From a candidate division CPR3 bacterium GWF2_35_18 (lineage in GTDB: Bacteria; Patescibacteriota; CPR3; GWF2-35-18), in contig MESW01000003.1 of NCBI GenBank assembly GCA_001771135.1, positions 235,786 to 299,785 on the forward strand: a stretch of DNA of 64,000 bases. Direction: 5' to 3'. Shown here piece after piece: positions 44,682 through 53,822 of this stretch; within the stretch, counting starts at the first letter, position 1; the number at the start of each line of letters is the position of its first letter. A model generated the notes under the pieces. That model was not told the origin of the DNA and searched no databases. It was given only the letters and a program-made list of their open reading frames with translations. The position numbers and the translations under genes were made by a program.

Positions 44682-47551
44682 CCTTGTAATTTGCACCCCG
44701 AACCTTCAAGCAAGAAACATTTTTTGTACTTTTTACCACTACCACAAGGACAAGGATCATTTCTGCCTATTTTATGGTCTGTCTTTATTGGTTCCAAATT
44801 ACGACGGTTCATATCTACTCTTCTTGCTGGAGAAATCTCTTTTGACCCTGATCGAATGGCAATCTCTTCTACTTCTGGCTTTTTTTCTTGAATTTTCATC
44901 TTAGGTGTCGCTTTTTGAGCGATCGAGATTTTGTAAATTCGACCGGCAATATCATGATGGATACTTCCATTTAACATTTCAAACATTTTGAACGCTTCAC
45001 CTTTGTATTCAATAAGAGGATCACGTTGCCCATATCCCCTTAGACCAATCCCCTCACGCAAGTGATCAATATCAGTCAAATGTATTTGCCATAAATTATC
45101 AATTGTAGAAAGCGAAACAAATTTTTCAACCTCTCTCATCACTTTTTCCCCAATCTCTCTTTCTTTATTTTCATACGCCGTCGTGGCAATTTTATCTAAC
45201 TTTGCCTCAATCTCTTCTAACAAACTTATAGCAGTTAATTCTTTCTGAATCACCTTTTGACTTTGATCATTGAAAGGAATCATTGCGATAAATTCTTTGA
45301 TAATCTTTTCGTGATTCAATCCAGATTCCTCTTGTGAACTGACCACAATTGCGGTTATTTCTTCCTTAATCATATTTAAAATTCGTTCTTTAAGGTTTTG
45401 CGTTCTTGATTCGTTGTTATCAAAATCCAAGTTTTCCTCTTCAGATTTTTCAATCTTTACTTCTAAATCTTTAACCTGTCCTTCTTCGAGTATTTTTCTG
45501 CGCTTTCCATAAATTATCTCTCTCTGCTTGTTCATAACATCATCATATTCAACAAGTTGTTTACGAATATCAAAGTTGTGTCCTTCAACTCTTGTCTGAG
45601 CACTTTCCAAAGCTTTTGAAACCATTTTATGTTCCAGAGGAATATCATCAGGCATGTTTAAAAAGCTCATAATCTTTTTCACCTGATCTCCTCCGAAAAT
45701 CCGCATAATATCATCTTCCAAAGAAACAAAGAAGCGTGATTCTCCGGGATCTCCTTGACGTCCAGATCGACCGCGCAGCTGATTATCAATTCGTCGTGCT
45801 TCATGTCTTTCTGTTCCAATTACGTAGAGTCCACCCAAAGATACAACTTCGTTATGTCTTTCTTGCCATTCTTGTAACTCTTTTTCATAGGTATGAAGTA
45901 AATCAGTTTCTTTTTTATTCTCTCCTTCCTCATCTTGAAGTCGATATTTATCCGGTTTCTTCCCTCCAAGCTCAATGTCTACTCCACGACCTGCCATATT
46001 CGTCGCCACCGTTACCGCCCCTTTTTCTCCAGCGGCAGATAGAATCAAAGCTTCTTTCTCGTGATGTTTCGCATTCAAAAGCGAATGTTTAATCCCACGT
46101 CTTTCTAGCAATAATGACAAAAATTCATTTTTGGCAATTGAGGTTGTCCCTACGAGAATCGGTTGTCCCGTTTTATTTTTATTTTTAATCTCTTCGATAA
46201 CTGCATTAAATTTTGATTTTTCATCTTTATAAATCAGATCCTGTTGATCTTGTCGAATTACCTGATTATTAGTCGGAATCACGACAACTTCGAGTTTGTA
46301 AATTTTGTGAAATTCTTCCGATTCAGTTACAGCAGTTCCAGTCATTCCAGATAGTTTTTTATACATTCGGAAGTAATTTTGAAATGAGATTGTTGCTAGA
46401 GTTTTACTTTCTTTCTGAATTTCTACTCCTTCTTTAGCCTCAATAGCTTGATGCAATCCTTCAGAATAACGTCGGCCTTCCATAAGACGTCCTGTAAACT
46501 CATCGACAATAATAACCTGACCCTCTTTCACAATATAATCTTTATCTTTTTGGTACATAACATCTGCGCGTAAAGCCTGTTCAATGTGATGTAAAGTTTG
46601 GAAGTCTTTTTCGTAAAGATTATCAACTTTAAGTAACGATTCTAGTTTGGCTACACCCTCTTCAGTCAAACTCGCATTTTTAGTTTTTTCGTCAGTAGTA
46701 AAATCGGTTTTGGCGTCCAAACGTTTCATTAGCCGCGCAAAATCATAGTATCTTTTGGTTGAATCTTCTTCGGGAGCAGAGATGATTAGTGGCGTTCTCG
46801 CTTCATCAATCAAAATAAAGTCAACCTCATCTACAATCGCAAAATGATGTATCCCCCACTCTTTTCTCATATTACTTTGGACCATCTGTTCCAGATTCCA
46901 AACCATATTGTCACGTAAATAATCAAATCCAAATTCATTATTTGTTCCATAAGTAAGGTGAGATTGATAAGCCTGTTGTCGTGTAATTGGACGCAAATGA
47001 ATTAATCTACTATCTTGAGCTTTTTCATCGACATATTGCGCGTCATAGATAAAAGCTTGATCGTGAACAATCGTGGAAACAGAAATACCAAGGAGGTCGT
47101 ATATCGGACCCATCCAACCACAGCCAATTTTTGAAAGATAATCGTTTGGAGTAACAAGATGACAACCTCTTTGCGTAAGACTATTTAGATAAAGTGGAAA
47201 AACTGCGGTAAGAGTTTTTCCCTCTCCTGTTTTCTGTTCTGCGATTTTACCCTGATGTAAAATAATTCCAGCAATGAGTTGCACATCAAAAGCTCGAAGT
47301 CCAAGAGTTCTTTTACCTGCCTCCCGAGCCAAAGCAAAGGCTTCTGGTAAAATTTCTTCCAAGAATGAATTTTGTTTTTCAAGATCCATTTTTTGTAACT
47401 CAGTTTGCCATTTTTCAGTTTTATCTTTAATTTCAGAATCTTTTAGCTTCTCAAGTTCTTTTTCAAAACTGTTTATTTTTTCGACGATCGGTTTCAGCTT
47501 TTTTACCTGTTTTTCATTGGAGTCGAAAACTTGGGTCAAAAACTTCAGCAT
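44678..47551 (-). CDS. secA: Preprotein translocase ATPase SecA
   Basis: DEVDFILIDEARTPLIIS, the nucleotide-binding folds, and a C-terminal zinc finger CPCGSGKKYKKC. Confidence 0.95.
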   Translation of the reverse strand: MLKFLTQVFDSNEKQVKKLKPIVEKINSFEKELEKLKDSEIKDKTEKWQTELQKMDLEKQNSFLEEILPEAFALAREAGKRTLGLRAFDVQLIAGIILHQGKIAEQKTGEGKTLTAVFPLYLNSLTQRGCHLVTPNDYLSKIGCGWMGPIYDLLGISVSTIVHDQAFIYDAQYVDEKAQDSRLIHLRPITRQQAYQSHLTYGTNNEFGFDYLRDNMVWNLEQMVQSNMRKEWGIHHFAIVDEVDFILIDEARTPLIISAPEEDSTKRYYDFARLMKRLDAKTDFTTDEKTKNASLTEEGVAKLESLLKVDNLYEKDFQTLHHIEQALRADVMYQKDKDYIVKEGQVIIVDEFTGRLMEGRRYSEGLHQAIEAKEGVEIQKESKTLATISFQNYFRMYKKLSGMTGTAVTESEEFHKIYKLEVVVIPTNNQVIRQDQQDLIYKDEKSKFNAVIEEIKNKNKTGQPILVGTTSIAKNEFLSLLLERRGIKHSLLNAKHHEKEALILSAAGEKGAVTVATNMAGRGVDIELGGKKPDKYRLQDEEGENKKETDLLHTYEKELQEWQERHNEVVSLGGLYVIGTERHEARRIDNQLRGRSGRQGDPGESRFFVSLEDDIMRIFGGDQVKKIMSFLNMPDDIPLEHKMVSKALESAQTRVEGHNFDIRKQLVEYDDVMNKQREIIYGKRRKILEEGQVKDLEVKIEKSEEENLDFDNNESRTQNLKERILNMIKEEITAIVVSSQEESGLNHEKIIKEFIAMIPFNDQSQKVIQKELTAISLLEEIEAKLDKIATTAYENKEREIGEKVMREVEKFVSLSTIDNLWQIHLTDIDHLREGIGLRGYGQRDPLIEYKGEAFKMFEMLNGSIHHDIAGRIYKISIAQKATPKMKIQEKKPEVEEIAIRSGSKEISPARRVDMNRRNLEPIKTDHKIGRNDPCPCGSGKKYKKCFLLEGSGCKLQG

Positions 47552-47890
47552 AACTAACTCCTCTGCTTATCTGTTCAAATCCAAATTAATTCCTAAATAA
47601 TAATACACGGAAATATTTGAGTTTAAAACATCTTCTATGTTAAACTAATACAAATTCTATTAACCAAGGTTTACATTATATACTTAACTTCGTAGAATTG
47701 GCAATAATTGTAGTTGAGTATAAACCGAATTAACAACATTTATGTATCAAATTGGAATAATTCGGTTATAAAATAATAAAACTCTCTTTAGAAATTATGT
47801 TTGATAAGATAATAACAAAAACCGGAAACAATATCTCTAATTCAAAGATACAAATATTAATTATATTTAATTATAAATTTTTAGTCTAAA

Positions 47891-47915
47891 AACCGCGAAA
47901 TAACGCGGTTTTTTT
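47891..47915. terminator. Hairpin AACCGCG-aaataa-CGCGGTT followed by TTTTTT (with an A-run on the other side), 65 nt upstream of pyrH in the divergent secA/pyrH intergenic region
   Basis: Read from the sequence. The function (attenuator or sRNA terminator) is unresolved. Confidence 0.4.
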
Positions 47916-47981
47916 GTATACTCAATTAAATAATCAAGGTTAAGTATCATTTAATAACAATATAAAAAAAGAAAGGTCTTT

Positions 47982-48704
47982 ATGAACGAAAAACCAATTT
48001 ACAAGAGAATTTTGTTAAAATTATCCGGAGAAGCACTCCTTGGAAAAAGAGAATTTGGAATCGATCCTGATGTTATCAACTATCTCGCTCATGAAATTAA
48101 AGAGGTCATGGATCTTGGTGTTCAAATCGGAATAGTTATGGGTGGAGGCAATATCTTCCGTGGTTCCATTGCTGAAAGAGAAGGTGGAATGGATCGAGTA
48201 ATGGCTGATTATGCAGGAATGCTAGCAACGGTAATAAATGGTATTGTCCTTGAAGAAGCTCTAAAAAAACACAATATTGCGGTACGACTAATGTCAGCTC
48301 TTTCTATGAATGAAGTTGCGGAACCGTATATCCAAAAAAGAGCACTGCGACATCTACACAAAGGCCGTGTCGTAATATTTTCCGGAGGAACCGGTAATCC
48401 ATTTTTTACCACTGATTCCGGAGCCGCACTTCGAGCTTCAGAAATCCAAGCTGATGCCCTTCTTAAAGCCACAAAAGTCGATGGTGTTTATGATAGTGAT
48501 CCCATGAAAAATAAAAAGGCGAAAAAATTCCAGAGTCTTACATACATGAACGCCTTAAAAAAAGATCTCAAAGTAATGGATGCTACAGCTTTTGCTCTCT
48601 GTATGGATCAAAAAATTCCAATAATTGTTTTTGATCTAAATGCCAGTGGAAATGTCAAAAAGGTAGTCTTAGGAGAAAAAGTCGGAACCATCGTCGGAGA
48701 TTAA
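47982..48704 (+). CDS. pyrH: UMP kinase
   Basis: [10 protein letters not shown]...[12 protein letters not shown], classic PyrH. Confidence 0.95.
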   Translation: MNEKPIYKRILLKLSGEALLGKREFGIDPDVINYLAHEIKEVMDLGVQIGIVMGGGNIFRGSIAEREGGMDRVMADYAGMLATVINGIVLEEALKKHNIAVRLMSALSMNEVAEPYIQKRALRHLHKGRVVIFSGGTGNPFFTTDSGAALRASEIQADALLKATKVDGVYDSDPMKNKKAKKFQSLTYMNALKKDLKVMDATAFALCMDQKIPIIVFDLNASGNVKKVVLGEKVGTIVGD

Positions 48705-49543
48705 TAATTCAGTAGTAATAAAATCATAATTAGTAAAGCTAATCCAACTCGGTAAATGATAAATATTGTCAGTTTCTGCTTTTTCAGATAATCCATAAGA
48801 AATTTGATGGCTAAAAATCCTGTAATTGCGGCAGTTAAAAATCCTACGATTAAAGGAATAACTTCGAGTCCCACAAATCCCGTTTTAAAAACTTTATAGA
48901 TTTCATAAATTCCCGCACCAAAAATAATTGGAGTTGAAAGTAAGAAAGAAAATTTGGCGGCATCTTCTTTTGATAATCCTCGGAATATACCAACAGTAAT
49001 TGTCACACCGGAACGTGATGTTCCAGGAATTAATGCTAACGCTTGCGATAAACCGATAAAAATACCGTCAAGGGGTTTCAAGTTTTTAAAAGTTCTCACA
49101 AGTCGCGGTTTATTTTCTACCCACCACATTAGACCTGCTAATGTAATTAACATAACTACAACAACATAAGGTGATCTTAACTTCTCTTCAATAAAATCTT
49201 GAAAAATAAAACCAATTATAGCCGCCGGAATTGTTCCAAGACCAATCAAAATCCCCAATCTCATGTCAACAGGATAAAGCATAAAGTCCTGTTTTGATTT
49301 TATCTTCCAATTTTTTCGTAATGAACTAAAAATCTCCTTCCAATCCTTCCAAAAGAATAAAGAAACGGCAAGTAAAGTCCCCCAGTGAAGGGCAACGTCA
49401 AAATAAAGAGGTTGAATATCCCAATTGAAAATATAGGGAACCAAAATCAGATGTCCTGAAGAAGAAATTGGTAAAAATTCAGTAAGACCTTGAATGAATC
49501 CTAAGATAAAAGCTTGTAAGATTGACATAAAATGATAATACAA
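48701..49543 (-). CDS. uppP: Undecaprenyl-diphosphate phosphatase
   Basis: [30 protein letters not shown] matches the UppP/BacA motif. Eight TM helices. Confidence 0.9.
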   Translation of the reverse strand: MYYHFMSILQAFILGFIQGLTEFLPISSSGHLILVPYIFNWDIQPLYFDVALHWGTLLAVSLFFWKDWKEIFSSLRKNWKIKSKQDFMLYPVDMRLGILIGLGTIPAAIIGFIFQDFIEEKLRSPYVVVVMLITLAGLMWWVENKPRLVRTFKNLKPLDGIFIGLSQALALIPGTSRSGVTITVGIFRGLSKEDAAKFSFLLSTPIIFGAGIYEIYKVFKTGFVGLEVIPLIVGFLTAAITGFLAIKFLMDYLKKQKLTIFIIYRVGLALLIMILLLLNY

Positions 49544-49566
49544 GTAAGTAAGTTAAAAGTCAAAAG

Positions 49567-50271
49567 TCATTTTATCGCATAAATTAAAACGTTATCCAAG
49601 CCTAAAGCTTTTTGATAACGATCATAGGTTATCTTTTGGAAATAAGGTTTAATCTTTTTCCCAAGATAATCTTTTATCTGTTCTTCCTTGTCTTCACGAT
49701 GAAAGATCTTATTTAAAGACAAGATTCCTCCGTGTTTTAAAAGTTTAGAGCTTTTAGCAAAAAAGTCTGTATCTTCACAGGTAACTGGAGTTGCTTCGAC
49801 CTTAAAGATATCCATAAAAATCACATCATACTTTTCTTTTTCAGTTATTTTTTCTCCTGATTTACTTTGAATCCACTTCACCGCATCAGTTTGAATAATT
49901 TCTAGATTTTTAATTAAATTCAAGTAAAAATAATTTTTTCCAATATTTATAACCGTTGGATCAAGCTCAATTCCGACAATTTTTTTCGGAGTAAAATATT
50001 TATGAAGAAGATAAGCAAGTGTTCCCCCTCCCAAACCTAAAATTAAAGCCTTATCAATTTTTAATTTTGGATTTAAAATCTTTAGTTTAGAAACAGCTTG
50101 TCCCCAATACCGATCGTTAAAAACATCTTCAGGATCATTTGACCAAACTGAATAACTGATGTAGTTTGCGCCAAGAACACGACGACAACCAGTTTCAATT
50201 ACGAATAGCTCTGTTTCCGAAACTTCAGAATAAGTTTTGTATAATGTTTTGGGCAAAGAGATTGTAGACAC
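49567..50271 (-). CDS. Class I SAM-dependent methyltransferase-fold protein (spermidine-synthase-like)
   Basis: ALILGLGGGTLAYLL...IVGIELDPTVI Rossmann-like motif. Confidence 0.5.
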   Translation of the reverse strand: MSTISLPKTLYKTYSEVSETELFVIETGCRRVLGANYISYSVWSNDPEDVFNDRYWGQAVSKLKILNPKLKIDKALILGLGGGTLAYLLHKYFTPKKIVGIELDPTVINIGKNYFYLNLIKNLEIIQTDAVKWIQSKSGEKITEKEKYDVIFMDIFKVEATPVTCEDTDFFAKSSKLLKHGGILSLNKIFHREDKEEQIKDYLGKKIKPYFQKITYDRYQKALGLDNVLIYAIK

Positions 50272-50280
50272 AACAGATCC

Positions 50281-51564
50281 TTATTTTGTAATTACTTCTT
50301 TTCCTAAATATTGCTGCAATATCTTGGGAACCCGAATACTTCCGTCTTCTTGTTGGAAATTATCAAAAATAGCTAAGATTATTCGAGTATTGGTTATAGC
50401 TGTTGCGGAAATAGTATGTACATAGTCCCGACTACCATCTTCTTTCTGATATTTAATATTTAGGCGTCTCGCATGGTATGAAGCTAGATCTGAATTACTC
50501 ATTGTTTCACAGTACTCTTGTTGTGAAGGGAGAAAAACCTCTACATCCCATTTGCGGTGTGTCGCCATTCCCACATCTCCAGTACACATTTCAAGAACGT
50601 GATATGGAAGCTCTAATTCCTGTAAAATCTCTTCTTCAATCGCCAGAGCTTCGACCATATACTTTTGTGATGTTTCTGGAGTTGTAAAATAAATCATTTC
50701 TAATTTATTGAATTGATGGACTCTTTTTATGCCACGAACATCTTTTCCCCAAGATCCAACTTCAGATCGAAAACAAGGAGAGTACCCCAGATATTTTTTA
50801 GGCATTTTCCCTTTAAGAAGATCATCCATATGATAAGAAACAATCGCCTGTTCCGAAGTTCCGGTAAGATAAAGCTCATTTTTATCTTCTAAATTATGCT
50901 TTTCTATTTTATAAACTTGATCATTTTCAAAAGGAAAATAACCTGTTCCGTATAAAGCTTTTTCTCTCACCAGTACTGGTGTTTCTATTGGAGCAAAACC
51001 TCTGGAAATTAGCTTTTGGAATACATAATTAAATAACGCAAACTCTAGCGAAACCGCATCATTAAGAAGGTAATAAAATCGGGAACCAGAAATTAAAGCT
51101 GATTTTTTAACATCAATAAGCCCAAGAGATTCGCCTAAATCAAGGTGATGCTTGGCAGAAAACTTATGTTTTGGTTTCCCTCCCCAAGATTTAATTTCAA
51201 CATTTCCACTATCATCCTTTCCCACTGGCATATTAGAATTTGTAACATTCGGCATTAAATCCATTAATTCACGCCATCGGAGCAAAATCTTTTCACTTTT
51301 TTCTTCCTCTTTTTTCAGCTCCTTACGAATAGATTTTGCCGTTTTAATAAGTTCTTCTCTTTCGGATTCTGTGGTCTTATTAATTTGTTGCGTAATTTCA
51401 TTGCGTTTTTTTCGTAACGCTTCCACTTTTTGGATTAAAAATTTTTTATCCAAGTCTAATTGCAAAAGTTCATCCACATTAAATTTCTTTGGATCAAGCT
51501 GACGGTTTAGAATATTTTGTTTCAGCTCTTCCTTATTAGTACGAACATAATTTATATCTAACAT
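50281..51564 (-). CDS. serS: Seryl-tRNA synthetase
   Basis: N-terminal coiled-coil arm and class II motifs (TSEQAI..., FRSEVGSWGKDVRGIKRVHQF). Confidence 0.95.
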   Translation of the reverse strand: MLDINYVRTNKEELKQNILNRQLDPKKFNVDELLQLDLDKKFLIQKVEALRKKRNEITQQINKTTESEREELIKTAKSIRKELKKEEEKSEKILLRWRELMDLMPNVTNSNMPVGKDDSGNVEIKSWGGKPKHKFSAKHHLDLGESLGLIDVKKSALISGSRFYYLLNDAVSLEFALFNYVFQKLISRGFAPIETPVLVREKALYGTGYFPFENDQVYKIEKHNLEDKNELYLTGTSEQAIVSYHMDDLLKGKMPKKYLGYSPCFRSEVGSWGKDVRGIKRVHQFNKLEMIYFTTPETSQKYMVEALAIEEEILQELELPYHVLEMCTGDVGMATHRKWDVEVFLPSQQEYCETMSNSDLASYHARRLNIKYQKEDGSRDYVHTISATAITNTRIILAIFDNFQQEDGSIRVPKILQQYLGKEVITK

Positions 51565-51578
51565 ATAATGTTCCTTTC

Positions 51579-52394
51579 CTAATTATCAAGTTTGTTACAA
51601 TCATTAGCTATTGTATCAAAACTATTATTAAAAATAATATTCTGTTGATAAAAAAGACTTAAACCCTTTTGATAAAAATCGAAATATTTACTTTTAATCA
51701 ATTTCGAATAATCCTCTTTGCCAATAATATGTGGAAGTAATCCTACCATACTCTCACTTTCAATAAATATTTTGGCTTTTTTACGCACCGATTCTCTCCT
51801 TGCCACTCCACCATAACCAATAAAACAGGTAACACTCTCTTTTGCTTCATAATCAGTCATACTATCACCGATAAAAGCGCTTTTCTGAGTCTTTTGAATT
51901 ATCTTTTGAAGAAGCTTTTTCTTCCCGTTATTCTTGCACAAATGATTTTCTCTTTCATAATCAAGATAATTCCCAGCATCATCAAAATACAATTTATTAG
52001 CATAGATATAGGAAGAAGATATCTTGAGCTCTTTGGCTAGAATCATCACCGCCTCCTCATATCCTCCGGTAATTATATAAATCTCTTTTCCCAAATATTG
52101 TAAAGTTTCAATAACCTTTGGCATATCTTTAACCAAACTATTAATATACATTTTTCCAATTTTTTTTAAATCTTCTTGATGTGGTTTGATTATTTCTAGT
52201 CTTTTTTCAAAAACTTCTTCAAATCCAAGCTCACCATCCATTGCTTTTTGTGTAAGAAATTCAACCTCTTTCTTCTTACCTTTAAGATTAGCAAGTTCAT
52301 CTATTCCTTCTATTGCACAAATTGTACTATCACAATCAAAAATTATGCAGTCATACGATTGATACGAAAAATCTTTCATCAAAACCTCCTTCAA
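51579..52394 (-). CDS. HAD-superfamily phosphatase (phosphoserine phosphatase SerB-like)
   Basis: DxDxT motif IIFDCDSTI and GDSMTDYEA (motif IV). AGGAGG RBS. Adjacent to serS. Confidence 0.6.
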   Translation of the reverse strand: MKEVLMKDFSYQSYDCIIFDCDSTICAIEGIDELANLKGKKKEVEFLTQKAMDGELGFEEVFEKRLEIIKPHQEDLKKIGKMYINSLVKDMPKVIETLQYLGKEIYIITGGYEEAVMILAKELKISSSYIYANKLYFDDAGNYLDYERENHLCKNNGKKKLLQKIIQKTQKSAFIGDSMTDYEAKESVTCFIGYGGVARRESVRKKAKIFIESESMVGLLPHIIGKEDYSKLIKSKYFDFYQKGLSLFYQQNIIFNNSFDTIANDCNKLDN

Positions 52395-52448
52395 TAAAAA
52401 AATCCGTCCCTAAAAACGAAATATTAATTCGTTGCTAAGGACGGATTT
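52393..52448 (-). terminator. Rho-independent terminator (10-bp stem AAATCCGTCC/GGACGGATTT with a nested inner hairpin), followed on the minus strand by TTTTTTT
   Basis: Read from the sequence. Lies downstream of the minus-strand genes 52637-53729 and immediately before the serB-like RBS. Confidence 0.6.
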
Positions 52449-52636
52449 TATCCGTGGTGCCACCTTTATTTGACTCATTTCTAAGCTGTAACGGGCTAAA
52501 CCCGAAGAAACTTATTCATAATTTCTATGTTTTCGTTTCTCAACGTTCCCAATTTATGGATTCTCTGATGGAAGGTCAAAGTAATGACGTTTTTATAAAT
52601 ATTTTTCTATTTTATCACAAAAGAAAATAAAAGGAA

Positions 52637-53215
52637 TTAGTTTTTCTCAACCGTTAAATCAAAAGATAATAAGGTATCTTTATCAACACCCAAAAGATTA
52701 TCAATTATCACTGTCACCTTCATTTTTTCACCACTATTTAGGCTAAAGTTCACTTTAGAATTTGCGGAAATTTGATTACTATATTCAAACATCGTCACAC
52801 TTTCTCCATTATTAAGCTGAAGAGTAGCCACATTATTATTCATATCTCCTAACACTTTTGAAGAGGGATAAATCGTAAAATTTAATGGAGTATTTGTAAC
52901 ATTAGTAATTTCATATATAGGATAATAGTAAAATTTTTCACCTTTTAAAACTGTTAACGTTAAGGCGTCTTTCTCATTATTGCCACTCGTAATTAAATTA
53001 CGCACGAGCACTTTACTGGAATCACCAATAAACTTTTTGTAGTGTGTTTTTTCTGATTGTACACCCAAGACAACTGGATCAACTTTGGGACGAATTAAAG
53101 AAAAAGGAGTTAGAACTAATAACCCAAACATCGAAAGCGTAATTAAATTAATAAGATGTTTACTAATTCTCATTAAATAACCTCCAGACATAAAATTCTT
53201 TTTCCAGATCATCAA
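52637..53215 (-). CDS. Membrane-anchored/secreted hypothetical protein
   Basis: N-terminal hydrophobic segment. No family recognised. Confidence 0.4.
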   Translation of the reverse strand: MMIWKKNFMSGGYLMRISKHLINLITLSMFGLLVLTPFSLIRPKVDPVVLGVQSEKTHYKKFIGDSSKVLVRNLITSGNNEKDALTLTVLKGEKFYYYPIYEITNVTNTPLNFTIYPSSKVLGDMNNNVATLQLNNGESVTMFEYSNQISANSKVNFSLNSGEKMKVTVIIDNLLGVDKDTLLSFDLTVEKN

Positions 53216-53729
53216 TAAGCAAATATGTCATCATCACACTCGCTAGAAATGTTCCCATAAATACCCACATATAAGAAAGGGCCAAAAGATAATAAACTGT
53301 GGACATTATTACCGCCAACCACATAAAACAAAACCAAACGAACGCTGAGTGATAAACATCAAAAGAGGTAGTAATAAGATGCAACATTTTCAAGTCTGCG
53401 AGTTTAGCAGTGGTACCTGGCTTAATATGAGTATCGTGGAAGTGGTAAGAACGAATTAAAACCCAGAAAAACCCAACAAATATAACTGCATACATAGCCA
53501 AGTTTGTGTATGAATTAACAATTAAAGCTTGTTCTGGTGAGATAAAAATAAAATTAATCGGAAAAACATCTAATTTCCACTCAATGGTATACTGAAAACC
53601 CAAAAGGATGGGCAGCAAAAACATTCCCACAACTTTAGTTACAATGAGTAAAAATGATGGTAAAAAAGCCTCTTTAGTCAAATACTGAAGGCTCTCGGTT
53701 GAGATATCTTTCTTTTTTGTTTTTTCCAT
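53163..53729 (-). CDS. Integral membrane hypothetical protein
   Basis: Four to five TM helices. Overlaps the downstream ORF. Confidence 0.4.
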   Translation of the reverse strand: MEKTKKKDISTESLQYLTKEAFLPSFLLIVTKVVGMFLLPILLGFQYTIEWKLDVFPINFIFISPEQALIVNSYTNLAMYAVIFVGFFWVLIRSYHFHDTHIKPGTTAKLADLKMLHLITTSFDVYHSAFVWFCFMWLAVIMSTVYYLLALSYMWVFMGTFLASVMMTYLLIDDLEKEFYVWRLFNEN

Positions 53730-53822
53730 GGCAGTCGTTCAAAACTCCTCTTAATACCAGAGTAACATAGACAAAATTAGAGTGCAAGAGGAACGTTCAG
53801 AACTGAAATCTTTATTGATAAA

